Below, in pieces: positions 7,490-19,250 of a stretch of DNA of 28,574 nt. This DNA comes from Alphaproteobacteria bacterium. GTDB taxonomy: Bacteria; Pseudomonadota; Alphaproteobacteria; Zavarziniales; Zavarziniaceae. The stretch covers positions 1 through 28,574 of the forward strand of contig JAJFJE010000154.1 of the NCBI GenBank assembly GCA_021774355.1, given 5' to 3'. Position numbers and translations under genes: made by a program. Under the pieces are notes generated by a model. The model saw nothing but the letters and a program-made list of their open reading frames with translations, ran no database searches and was not told where the DNA came from. Numbering within the stretch: position 1 is the first letter of the stretch; the number at the start of each line of letters is the position of its first letter.

Positions 7490-8995
7490 ATGTCCTATCT
7501 GTTCGACCAGATCCGCCAATCCATGCCGGCTGCCGGGCGGCCGGCGATCGAAACCGCCGACGGATGCCACCTCAGCTATGGCGACATCGTCGCCCAATCG
7601 GCCGCCTGGGCCCGCGCCCTGGTCGCCCTGGGGGTCCGGCCGGGCGACCGCGTCGCCGTCCAGGTGGAAAAAAGCGTGGCGGCGCTGCTGCTCTATCTGG
7701 GCAGCCTGCGCGCCGGCGCCGTGTTCCTGCCGCTGAATCCCGCCTACACGACGAGCGAGGTCGGCTATTTCATCGCCGACGCCGAGCCCCGCCTGCTGGT
7801 GGTCGACCCGGGCCGGGCCGCCGCCGCCGCCGCCCTGCCCTGCCCGGTGGCGACCCTCGACGCCGACGGCCGGGGCAGCCTGGCCGACCTGGCCCAGGCC
7901 GCTGCCGGCGGCTTCGCCGACATCCCCCGGGGACCGGACGAGCTTGCCGCGATCCTCTACACTTCGGGAACCACCGGGCGGGCAAAGGGCGCCATGCTCA
8001 GCCCTGGCAACCTGGCCGCCAATGCCCGCACCCTGGTCGATCTGTGGCGCTTCACCGCCGGCGACGTGCTGCTCCATGCCCTGCCCGTGTTCCATGTCCA
8101 TGGCCTGTTCATCGCCTGCCACGTCGCCCTGCTGGCCGGGGCCCGATTGCTCTGGCTGCCCCGCTTCGACCCGGCCGCGATCCTCCGCCTGATGCCCCGG
8201 GCAACCACCCTGATGGGCGTGCCGACCTTCTATACCCGCCTGCTCGACCAGCCGGGCCTGGCCGCGGCGGCGGCCGGCATGCGCCTGTTCATCTCGGGCT
8301 CGGCCCCCCTGCTGGCCGACAGCCACCGGGCCTTCGCCGCGGCGACCGGCCATCAGATCCTGGAGCGCTATGGCATGACCGAGACCGGCATGATCACCTC
8401 CAACCCCTATGACGGGCCGCGCCGGCCCGGCTGGGTCGGCCCGGCCCTGCCCGACGTGGTCCTGCGGGTGAGCGACCCGGAGACCGGCCGGCCGGTGCCG
8501 CCGGGGCAGACCGGCATGGTCGAACTGCGCGGCCCCAATGTCTTCAAGGGCTATTGGCGCCAGCCGGACAAGACCGCCGAAGCCTTCCGTCCCGACGGCT
8601 TCTTCATCACCGGCGACCTGGGCCGGTGCGACGACACGGGCTGCCTGCAGATCGTCGGCCGGGCCCGGGACCTGATCATCTCCGGCGGCCTGAATATCTA
8701 TCCCAAGGAGGTCGAGGAGGCGATCGACGCCCTGCCCGGGGTACTGGAGAGCGCGGTAATCGGCCTGCCCGACCCGGATCTGGGCGAGCAGGTCGCCGCC
8801 GTGGTGGTACCCCGCCCCGGCGCCACCCTCGACCCGGCGACACTCCTCGCCGGCCTGCATGACCGCCTTGCCCGCTTCAAGCAGCCCCGCCGCATCGTCA
8901 TCGCCGACCGCCTGCCGCGCAACACCATGGGCAAGGTCCAGAAGGCCGTGCTGCGCGCAGCCTGGGGCAAAGTCGCCGATTATAGCGACGTGTAG
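7490..8995 (+). CDS. matB: Malonyl-CoA synthetase (MatB-like acyl-CoA ligase)
   Basis: YTSGTTGRAKG AMP-binding loop, HALPVFHVHGLF, ERYGMTET, RLFISGSAPL, LPRNTMGKVQK. Confidence 0.82.
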   Translation: MSYLFDQIRQSMPAAGRPAIETADGCHLSYGDIVAQSAAWARALVALGVRPGDRVAVQVEKSVAALLLYLGSLRAGAVFLPLNPAYTTSEVGYFIADAEPRLLVVDPGRAAAAAALPCPVATLDADGRGSLADLAQAAAGGFADIPRGPDELAAILYTSGTTGRAKGAMLSPGNLAANARTLVDLWRFTAGDVLLHALPVFHVHGLFIACHVALLAGARLLWLPRFDPAAILRLMPRATTLMGVPTFYTRLLDQPGLAAAAAGMRLFISGSAPLLADSHRAFAAATGHQILERYGMTETGMITSNPYDGPRRPGWVGPALPDVVLRVSDPETGRPVPPGQTGMVELRGPNVFKGYWRQPDKTAEAFRPDGFFITGDLGRCDDTGCLQIVGRARDLIISGGLNIYPKEVEEAIDALPGVLESAVIGLPDPDLGEQVAAVVVPRPGATLDPATLLAGLHDRLARFKQPRRIVIADRLPRNTMGKVQKAVLRAAWGKVADYSDV

Positions 8996-9002
8996 CCCAG
9001 GA

Positions 9003-9653
9003 TCAGATCGCGGCTTCGCGCGTGGCGTTCAGAAGTTGTGTCGCGAGCATGGTTTCCAGCATCGCTTCCATTTCCGAAAGGGCCAGTATTTCCCCCTTCC
9101 AGGAGGCGTCAGACTTTTCCAATGCTGCGTAATAGGGGGTTTTATCGGCGGCGATCTGATCCGGGATGGTCGGCGTGCCCGGCAAAAGGCTTTTCAGTTT
9201 AACATTGAGCACGATGTAAAGCAGGGCCCTGGCGGTCCGGCCATTGCCGTCGGCAATCGGGTGTATCCAGCACATCCTCCAGAGGACATAGGCAGCGAGG
9301 TGAATGGCGCCCCGCTCGTCCCAATGTCGATTGACATAGTCGCACATCTCCGCGACCAGGTCGGGGACCTCCACATGAAGGGGTGGGGAATGGCCGCTAT
9401 TGCTGATGGAAACCGGCGAATTCCGGTAGGTGCCCGCCAGAGGATGGATCCCGTCCAGGGCCTCCCGATGCAGGCTCAGTATGAGTGCCTGATTGAGGCG
9501 GAAGGCCTTATCCGGATTTGAGATATAATTGCGGATCACGGTCAGCGCAGCATTGAATTGCCGGATGCCGTTTTCGGCTTCCCGGCGAGCCTTTTCCTCC
9601 GGGTCCGTTATCAACTCGATCGGATCGGCGCTGCTGTGCCTGTCGGCATTCAT
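9003..9653 (-). CDS. Fic-domain protein (putative AMPylating toxin)
   Basis: Fic motif HPIADGNGRTAR (canonical HPFxDGNGRxxR). Sampled lines are ~48-60% GC versus ~70% in flanks. Confidence 0.9.
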   Translation of the reverse strand: MNADRHSSADPIELITDPEEKARREAENGIRQFNAALTVIRNYISNPDKAFRLNQALILSLHREALDGIHPLAGTYRNSPVSISNSGHSPPLHVEVPDLVAEMCDYVNRHWDERGAIHLAAYVLWRMCWIHPIADGNGRTARALLYIVLNVKLKSLLPGTPTIPDQIAADKTPYYAALEKSDASWKGEILALSEMEAMLETMLATQLLNATREAAI

Positions 9654-9847
9654 TTGCCCCTTCGACCCCCAAGAGCCTCGTCGTCCGCGACCTTCCGGTC
9701 GGCCTCCGCCACCATCTGACGGGTAATCCGCTCGTTTTCGATGTGTGTGTTGCCGTAAACGAAGCTCAGGCGCTGCTCACGCAACTGCGTATCCGTCATC
9801 TGAACCTTACGGGCTTTCGCGATCAGGGCCTCCAGCGCTCCGGTCAT
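9650..9847 (-). CDS. 65-aa protein upstream of Fic gene, putative FicA/VbhA-like antitoxin
   Basis: ATG at 9847 after GAGGAT RBS; MTGALEALIAKARKVQMTDTQLREQRLSFVYGNTHIENERITRQMV. NTHIEN resembles the (S/T)xxxE(G/N) inhibitory motif; ATGA overlap with fic. Confidence 0.7.
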   Translation of the reverse strand: MTGALEALIAKARKVQMTDTQLREQRLSFVYGNTHIENERITRQMVAEADRKVADDEALGGRRGK

Positions 9848-10177
9848 TTCATCCTCATCCTTGCCGACACGTGCGAATATATTGCCCCGCGCCCAACAGC
9901 AACAGTCCCGAAAGGTACCCTTTGCAGCCGCCCGGCGGCCGGTGGGCATCGCACACCGACGCCATGGTGCGCCTCGCGCGCCCGAAATTCAAAACCAACC
10001 AGCACGGGCACTTATCGCCAACCGCACGCCGCGGACCAACGGCCGCCTTGCGCGAGCGCCATACCGGGCTGCGCTCTTGAGCAGCCGAATCACGGGTGCG
10101 GAAGGCATCCGCACGCCCGACGCCCGTGCCCGGTCACTCGGTACGCCGGCGCTCCTGCCGGGTCTCGTGCCCACGGC

Positions 10178-10206
10178 TTGACCTGCGCCGCCGGGCCGCC
10201 TAAGGT
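10178..10206 (+). promoter_or_regulatory. Sigma70-type promoter for carAB
   Basis: TTGACC-N17-TAAGGT, about 45 nt upstream of the carA ATG at 10252. Confidence 0.6.
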
Positions 10207-10251
10207 CCGGCCGATTTGACCGGCGGGGGTCTCTCGCCGCGGAGTTTTCGC

Positions 10252-11449
10252 ATGCCCTTGACGCCAGCAGACGTGCCCCCAGCCAAGCCAGGGGGCGCCG
10301 TTACCGCAGACGCGCGCCCGGCCCAGGGGACCGGCGTGCTGGTCCTCGCCGATGGTAGCGTTTTTTCCGGGGCCGGGCTCGGTGCCACCGGCGAAGCGGT
10401 CGGCGAGGTCTGTTTCAACACCTCGATGACCGGCTATCAGGAGATCATGACCGATCCCTCCTATGCCGGGCAGATCATCACCTTCACCTTCCCCCATATC
10501 GGCATCGTCGGGGCCAATCTCGACGATATCGAAGCGGTGGTTCCGGCGGCCCGCGGCTGCATCCTGCGCATGGGCCTGACCGAGCCGTCCAACTGGCGCG
10601 CCGCCGAGCCCCTGTCCCGCTGGCTGGCCAAGCGCAATCTGGTTGGCCTTTCCGGCATCGACACCCGGCAACTGACCCGGCTGATCCGGGCGGCGGGTGC
10701 GCCCAGCGGGGTGATCGCCCATGCCCCGGACGGCGTCTTCGACATCCCCGCGCTGCAGGCCAAGGCGGCGGCCTGGCCGGGGCTGGAAGGGATGGACCTG
10801 GCCGCCGAGGTGTCGTGCACCCAGAGCTATGGCTGGGACGAGACGGCCTGGACGATCGGCGCCGGCTTCGGTCGCCAGACCGCCCCCCGATGCCATGTCG
10901 TCGCCATCGACTACGGCTGCAAGCGCAACATCCTGCGCTGCCTGGCCGCGGCCCGCGCCCGGGTCACGGTGGTGCCGGCCAGCGCCAGCGCCGCGGACGT
11001 GCTGCGCCTGGAGCCCGACGGCATCTTCCTGTCCAACGGCCCGGGCGACCCCGCGGCGACCGGCGCCTATGCGGTGCCGACCATCCGCGCCCTGGTCGAC
11101 AGCGGCAAGCCCCTGTTCGGGATTTGCCTGGGCCACCAGATGCTGGCCCTGGCGCTGGGCGGGCGGACCGCCAAGATGGCCCAGGGCCACCGCGGCGCCA
11201 ATCACCCGGTCAAGGACCTGGCCACCGGCCGGGTCGAGATCACCAGCCAGAATCACGGCTTCGTGGTCGTCGCCGAAAGCCTGCCCGACGACGCCGAAGT
11301 CACCCATGTCTCGCTGTTCGACGGCAGCAATGAAGGCTTCCGCCTGAAGCATCGCCCGGTGTTTTCCGTGCAGTACCACCCGGAAGCCTCGCCCGGGCCG
11401 GAAGACAGCCATTATCTGTTCGACCGCTTTCTCGAGTTGATCCGCACCC

Positions 11450-11457
<8 letters not shown>
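10252..11457 (+). CDS. carA: Carbamoyl-phosphate synthase small subunit
   Basis: [35 protein letters not shown] (catalytic Cys), SQNHGF, QYHPE. ATG 10252 preferred over TTG 10216. Confidence 0.97.
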
Positions 11458-14671
<3,214 letters not shown>

Positions 14672-14758
14672 TTTTCACTGCGGGCCGGCGGCCCGGCTTG
14701 AGAATGTTGCGGGCGGCGCCGGCCGCCCGACGGATCACGGTTTTCTGGATCGAGGGCG

Positions 14759-15232
14759 ATGGAAAAAGTGCCCATGACGGCTGCAGGCTTCGAATCACTG
14801 GAAGCCGAGCTGAAGAAATTGAAGAGCGTCGACCGCCCGTCTGTCATCCAGGCGATCGCGGAAGCGCGGGCGCATGGTGATTTGTCCGAAAACGCCGAAT
14901 ATCATGCGGCGAAGGAACGGCAGAGCTTTATCGAGACCCGGGTCATCGAGCTGGAGGACAAGCTGTCCCGGGCCCAGGTGATCGACCTGTCGAAACTGTC
15001 CGGCGCGATCATCAAATTCGGCGCCACGGTCACCCTGGTGGATACTGAGTCCGACGAGGAGCAGGTGTTTCAGATCGTCGGTGTCGACGAGGCCGACGTA
15101 AAGGCCGGACGCCTGTCGATTTCGTCGCCGCTGGCCCGGGCGCTGATCAACAAGACTGTCGGCGACGAGGTCGAGGTAACCACTCCCGGCGGGCACAAAT
15201 CCTACGAGATCCTCAAGGTCTATTTCGCCTGA
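14759..15232 (+). CDS. greA: Transcription elongation factor GreA
   Basis: [41 protein letters not shown]; usual position after carB. Confidence 0.97.
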   Translation: MEKVPMTAAGFESLEAELKKLKSVDRPSVIQAIAEARAHGDLSENAEYHAAKERQSFIETRVIELEDKLSRAQVIDLSKLSGAIIKFGATVTLVDTESDEEQVFQIVGVDEADVKAGRLSISSPLARALINKTVGDEVEVTTPGGHKSYEILKVYFA

Positions 15233-15238
15233 AGGCGG

Positions 15239-15296
15239 GCCCTTCCCGTTCCGTCATGGCCGGCCCCCCCGTACCGGCCATCCACGGGCGAAGGGC
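15239..15296. repeat. CGTC-tagged REP-like palindrome in a larger hairpin between convergent greA and lrp
   Basis: cgtcATGGCCGG-ccccccgta-CCGGCCATccac (15252-15285) resembles the alphaproteobacterial repeat GTCATGGCCGGGCTTGACCCGGCCATCCAC. Outer arms gcccttc/gaagggc. Confidence 0.6.
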
Positions 15297-15304
15297 GCGC
15301 GCGG

Positions 15305-15799
15305 TCACCGCCGATGGGGCCGGGCCGCCAGGTCGAAGGGCACGCCCGGCGCGTGCTTGCCGTTGCGGATGGTGAAGCTGGTCTTGACGCTGGCAACATT
15401 CGGCGCCGGGGTCAGGTCGCGGGTCAGGAAGGCCTGGAATTCGGCCAGATCCCGGGCCACGACCTTCAGGATGAAGTCGATCTCGCCGTTCAGCATCCAG
15501 CATTCCCTGACCAGCGGCCAGGAGCGGACCCGTTCCTCGAAGGCCACCAGGTCGGCCTCGGCCTGGCTGGCCAGGCCGACCAGGGCGAATACCGTGACCT
15601 CGAAGCCGAGCGCCGCGCCGTCGACTTCGGCGTGATAGCCGCGGATATAGCCGGCCTCCTCCAGGCCCCGCATGCGCCGCAGGCAGGGCGGCGCGGAGAT
15701 CCCCACGGCGCGCGCCAGATCGACATTGCTCATCCGCCCATCCCGCTGCAAGTGATCGAGGATTTGCAAATCGATCGCGTCGAGCTTGGATTTCGTCAT
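15305..15799 (-). CDS. Lrp/AsnC-family transcriptional regulator
   Basis: LDAIDLQILDHLQRDGRMSNVDLARAVGISAPPCLRR HTH; ECWMLNGEIDFILK. Start taken at ATG 15799. Confidence 0.93.
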   Translation of the reverse strand: MTKSKLDAIDLQILDHLQRDGRMSNVDLARAVGISAPPCLRRMRGLEEAGYIRGYHAEVDGAALGFEVTVFALVGLASQAEADLVAFEERVRSWPLVRECWMLNGEIDFILKVVARDLAEFQAFLTRDLTPAPNVASVKTSFTIRNGKHAPGVPFDLAARPHRR

Positions 15800-15815
15800 G
15801 AAAGCCCCCGGAATC

Positions 15816-15830
15816 CGCAAGATTATTGCG
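15816..15830. promoter_or_regulatory. 15-bp palindrome just upstream of lrp, candidate Lrp-type autoregulatory site
   Basis: CGCAA-GATTA-TTGCG with an AT-rich centre, 16 nt upstream of the lrp ATG. Confidence 0.35.
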
Positions 15831-15911
15831 TGCGCCCCCTTTGCCCGGTCGCGCGGGGAAGGTCAAGCGCCGCCCGCCCCCGGCAAACACGAAATTGACC
15901 ACCGCCGCCTA

Positions 15912-15937
15912 TTGAAACACGGTCTCCGGACCCCCAT
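15912..15937 (+). promoter_or_regulatory. RpoH (sigma32)-like promoter upstream of trxB
   Basis: TTGAAA-N14-CCCCAT matches the classical sigma32 consensus. Confidence 0.45.
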
Positions 15938-16052
15938 CCATGGAGGCGCGATCCTGTTGGCGTGCAGCCCCCGGGCCGCCTAACATGACCCCAAGCGCGT
16001 GGTCCGGCGAATCGGACCCGAGGCGTCCCTGGGGCGGGCGCGGAGAGATAAG

Positions 16053-17021
16053 ATGTCCGAGAGTCGTCACGCCAAGGTCCTGATCATCGGCTCCGGCCCC
16101 GCCGGCTGCACCGCCGCGATCTAAGCGGCGCGCGCTTGCCTCGACCCGGTGATGGTCCGTGGCCTCCAGCCGGGCGGCCAATTGACCATCACCACCGAGG
16201 TCGAGAACTATCCGGGCTTTGCCACCGCCATCCAGGGACCGTTCCTGATGGAGCAGATGGAGGCCCAGGCGGCCCATGTCGGGACCACCCTGATCGACGA
16301 TATCATCACCGCGGTCGATCTTTCCCGGCGGCCCTTCGTGGCCCGCGGCGATTCCGGCGCGCGCTATGTCGCCGAGACCCTGATCATCGCCACCGGGGCC
16401 AGCGCCAAGTGGCTGGGGCTGCCGTCGGAACAGCGGTTCCAGGGCTTTGGCGTGTCGGCCTGCGCCACCTGCGACGGCTTCTTCTACCGCGGCAAGCAGG
16501 TGGTCGTGGTCGGTGGCGGCAATTCCGCGGTGGAGGAGGCCCTCTATCTGACCAATCACGCGACCAAGGTGACGCTGATCCACCGGCGCGACCATTTGCG
16601 GGCCGACAAGACCAACCAGAACCGCCTGCTGGCCCACCCGAAGATCGCGGTGGAATGGCATGCCGAGATTGCCGAGATCCTGGGCGAAGACGATCCGCCC
16701 GGGGTCACCGGGGTGCGCCTGCGCGATGTCCGGACGGGCCAGACCCGCGACCTCGCCTGCGACGGCGTGTTCGTGGCCATCGGCCACAGCCCGGCGACCG
16801 AATTGTTCAAAGGCCAGTTGCCGATGGACGACAGCGGCTATCTGCTCACCGCGCCGGATTCGACGGCGACCAGCGTCCCCGGGGTGTTCGCCGCCGGGGA
16901 TGTCAAGGACAAGGTCTTTCGCCAGGCAGTGACGGCAGCCGGCATGGGCTGCATGGCGGCCCTGGAGGCGGAACGCTTCCTGGCCGCCCATGCGGACGGC
17001 CAGGCGGAAGCCGCGGAGTAG
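16053..17021 (+). pseudogene. trxB: Thioredoxin-disulfide reductase, interrupted as written by in-frame TAA at codon 24 (may be a sequence error)
   Basis: ATG 16053 reads [31 protein letters not shown] (consensus GSGPAGYTAAIYAARANL); TAA at 16122-16124. Downstream [19 protein letters not shown] and FAAGDV are intact. Confidence 0.9.
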
Positions 17022-17068
17022 GGACGAGCGCCGTAAGCACGGCCGGGCGCGATGGGGGCGCGCGCAGC

Positions 17069-17962
17069 ATGATGGACTGGGACAAACTGCGTATTTTTCA
17101 CGCTGTCGCCGAGGCCGGCAGCTTTACCCATGCGGGGGACGTGCTGAACCTGTCGCAATCGGCGGTCAGCCGGCAGATCAGTGCCCTCGAGGAAAGCCTG
17201 AAGGTTTCGCTGTTTCACCGCCATGCCCGGGGCCTGATCCTGACCGAACAGGGCGAACTGCTGTTCCGGACCGCCCATGACGTCTTCGCCAAGCTGTCCA
17301 TGGCCGAGGCCATGCTGGCAGACTCCAAGGACAAGCCGCGCGGCCATCTGCGGGTCACCACCACCGTCAGCTTCGGCATGGTCTGGTTGACGCCGCGGAT
17401 TCGCGAGTTCTCCGAGCTTTACCCCGACATTCAGGTCCATCTGATCCTGGACGATGACGAACTCGACCTGGGCATGCGCGAGGCCGATATCGCCATCCGG
17501 TTCCGCGCACCCACCCAAGGCGACCTGATCCAGCGCCGCCTGGTCCAGGTGACGCACCACATCTACAGCTCGCCCGCCTATCTCAAGCGTTACGGGACAC
17601 CGGCAAGCGCCGAAGACCTGGATCATCACGCCCTGCTGATCTATGGGCCGGAGGTGCCGCAGCCCATCTCGACGGTCAATTGGCTGCTCACCAAGGGGGC
17701 AAACCCGGCCAAGCCGCGGACCCCGGTCTTCACCGTCAACAACCTCTACGCCGTGATGCTGGCCGTTGAGTCCGGGTTCGGCGTGGCGTCCCTGCCGGAC
17801 TATCTGGCGCGGGGCAACCCCAAGCTGACCCAGGTCCTGCCCGAGGTTTCGGGCCCCGCCTTCGACACTTATTTCGTCTATCCGGAAGAACTGCGCGACA
17901 CCAAGCGGATCGCCGTGTTCCGCGATTTCATGCTGCGCAAGGTTGCAGAATGGGGCTTCTAG
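17069..17962 (+). CDS. LysR-family regulator, VtlR/LsrB-like
   Basis: MDWDKLRIFHAVAEAGSFTHAG..LNLSQSAVSRQISALE...FHRHARGLILTEQGE. Position directly after trxB and near lrp matches the rhizobial lsrB/vtlR locus. Confidence 0.88.
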   Translation: MMDWDKLRIFHAVAEAGSFTHAGDVLNLSQSAVSRQISALEESLKVSLFHRHARGLILTEQGELLFRTAHDVFAKLSMAEAMLADSKDKPRGHLRVTTTVSFGMVWLTPRIREFSELYPDIQVHLILDDDELDLGMREADIAIRFRAPTQGDLIQRRLVQVTHHIYSSPAYLKRYGTPASAEDLDHHALLIYGPEVPQPISTVNWLLTKGANPAKPRTPVFTVNNLYAVMLAVESGFGVASLPDYLARGNPKLTQVLPEVSGPAFDTYFVYPEELRDTKRIAVFRDFMLRKVAEWGF

Positions 17963-18186
17963 GGGCCGGATCCGGCATCGGATACCCGCTCCGGGGGCGG
18001 CGCCACCGGGGGCGGGGCGCCAGAACCCCGTCCGTTTCGGCGCGGTGCAGCGTAATGCCGCAGCCGCGAGGGCCCGGTTCCGCCCCCCTCAACTGCCCAT
18101 AACCGCTTGTAGTTAATAAAGTATTTCCAGGTTCCCGCATTGCCTATGCAAAGGCCGCAATGCCCGCTTTTGTCAATAGCGATGGT

Positions 18187-18238
18187 GGCAGCGCAGCAAA
18201 CACCCTAATTTACCGCTCAGTGCTGCTGCGTTGCGGCA
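18187..18238. promoter_or_regulatory. Two PhaR/AniA-like boxes
   Basis: GGCAGCGCAGCA (18187-18198) and TGCGTTGCGGCA (18227-18238) each match the recalled PhaR consensus TGCRNYGCASMA at 11/12. Confidence 0.4.
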
Positions 18239-18239
18239 G

Positions 18240-18378
18240 CCCGAACGCCCCCCTACCTCCCCCGGTCGGTGGCGTTCCGGCCGGAAGGATTGCCCCCCAG
18301 TCCGTTTCGGCCACCTTCACGTTTCGGCGTGAAGCCTCCCTGTTGGACTTGCCGGGCCCTCGTGGCCCGGCTTTTTTT
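18240..18378 (+). ncRNA. Putative trans-acting small RNA with two CCUCCC anti-SD motifs (alpha-r8/suhB/MmgR-like 3' end); 5' end uncertain
   Basis: No credible ORF. Stems gaacgcc/ggcgttc around a C-rich loop, agtcc/ggact enclosing a cttcacg-(UUCG)-cgtgaag hairpin; CCTCCC at 18256 and 18335; intrinsic terminator; AT-rich upstream region. Confidence 0.65.
18351..18378 (+). terminator. Rho-independent terminator
   Basis: GCCGGGCC-ctcgt-GGCCCGGC followed by T7. Confidence 0.88.
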
Positions 18379-18389
18379 GCCCGTGCCGG

Positions 18390-19148
18390 CTATTCGCCGT
18401 CGCCCGGCTGCGCCCGGCGTTTTCGGCGGGCGTTGCGCGAGACCATGTTCAGCATCTCGATGCCGGCGGAAAAGGCCATGGCCGCATAGATATAGCCTTT
18501 CGGCACATGGGCGCCGAAGCCTTCGGCAATCAGCGTGGTCCCGATCAGCAGGAGGAAGCCCAGCGCCAGCATGACGATGGTCGGGTTGCGCTGGATGAAA
18601 TTGGCCAGGGGATCGGCCGCCAGCAACATGGCGAGGACCGCCACCACCACGGCGATGACCATGACCGGGATGTGGTCCGTCATGCCGACGGCCGTGATGA
18701 TGCTGTCGATGGAAAATACCAGGTCGAGCACCAGGATCTGCACGATGGCGGCGCCGAAGCCCAGGACCGCGGCACCCGATTGCGCCGCGCCCGGTTCGGG
18801 ATCGGCGTCGACATTGTGATGAATTTCCTTGGTCGCCTTCCACACCAGGAACAGGCCGCCCGCGATCAGGATCAGGTCGCGCCAGGAAAAGCCCTGGCCG
18901 AACACGACGAACAGCGGCGCGGTCAACTGGACGATGAAGGCGACGGTGCTGACCAGGCCCAGGCGCAGGATCAAGGCGAGGCTTATGCCGATGCGGCGGC
19001 CGCGGGTCCGCTGGTCCGGCGGCAGCTTATTGGTCAGGATCGAAATGAAGATCAGATTGTCGATCCCCAGGACGATCTCCATGGCGATCAGGGTGGCAAG
19101 GGCCGCCCAGATCGCGGGGTCCACAGCGAGGCCGATCAGATAGTCCAT
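18390..19148 (-). CDS. TerC-family integral membrane protein
   Basis: [62 protein letters not shown]. Confidence 0.93.
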   Translation of the reverse strand: MDYLIGLAVDPAIWAALATLIAMEIVLGIDNLIFISILTNKLPPDQRTRGRRIGISLALILRLGLVSTVAFIVQLTAPLFVVFGQGFSWRDLILIAGGLFLVWKATKEIHHNVDADPEPGAAQSGAAVLGFGAAIVQILVLDLVFSIDSIITAVGMTDHIPVMVIAVVVAVLAMLLAADPLANFIQRNPTIVMLALGFLLLIGTTLIAEGFGAHVPKGYIYAAMAFSAGIEMLNMVSRNARRKRRAQPGDGE

Positions 19149-19152
19149 GGAG

Positions 19153-19242
19153 GCTCCGGAAGCAGAGGAAAGGCGGCAAGCCGCCGCTCCTATGTGAGGA
19201 CCGCGGGCCTCGAAACAAGGTGCCGCGAAGCCCTTCCGGAGC
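19153..19242 (-). promoter_or_regulatory. Structured 5' leader of terC occluding the RBS (candidate cis-regulatory RNA)
   Basis: Perfect 10-bp arms GCTCCGGAAG/CTTCCGGAGC (19233-19242 and 19153-19162) enclose three hairpins; the 3' arm contains the GGAG SD. Confidence 0.45.
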
Positions 19243-19250
19243 GTGCCGGG

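Noticed and set aside
5919-8995. Flavin reductase, nitronate monooxygenase-like protein and MatB as one pathway
   Set aside because: Alternating orientations, no partner monooxygenase, transporter or regulator; all are common stand-alone genes.
9848-10177. 330-bp intergenic stretch with hairpins (e.g. GTGCGGA-aggca-TCCGCAC) and short ORFs
   Set aside because: No terminator, tRNA fold, IS ends or recognisable protein remnant.
16136-17068. Apparent 608-aa LysR with a long N-terminal extension
   Set aside because: The extension is an off-frame read of trxB; the LysR HTH starts at ATG 17069/17072.
17963-18095. GC-rich palindromes after lysR (GCCGGATCCGGC; GGGGGCGG/CCGCCCCC) and recurring CGTTTCGG
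   Set aside because: Expected by chance at this GC content; no T-tract or known repeat family recognised.
19149-19250. Canonical yybP-ykoY riboswitch call
   Set aside because: The conserved loop sequences were not found; kept only as an unclassified structured leader.
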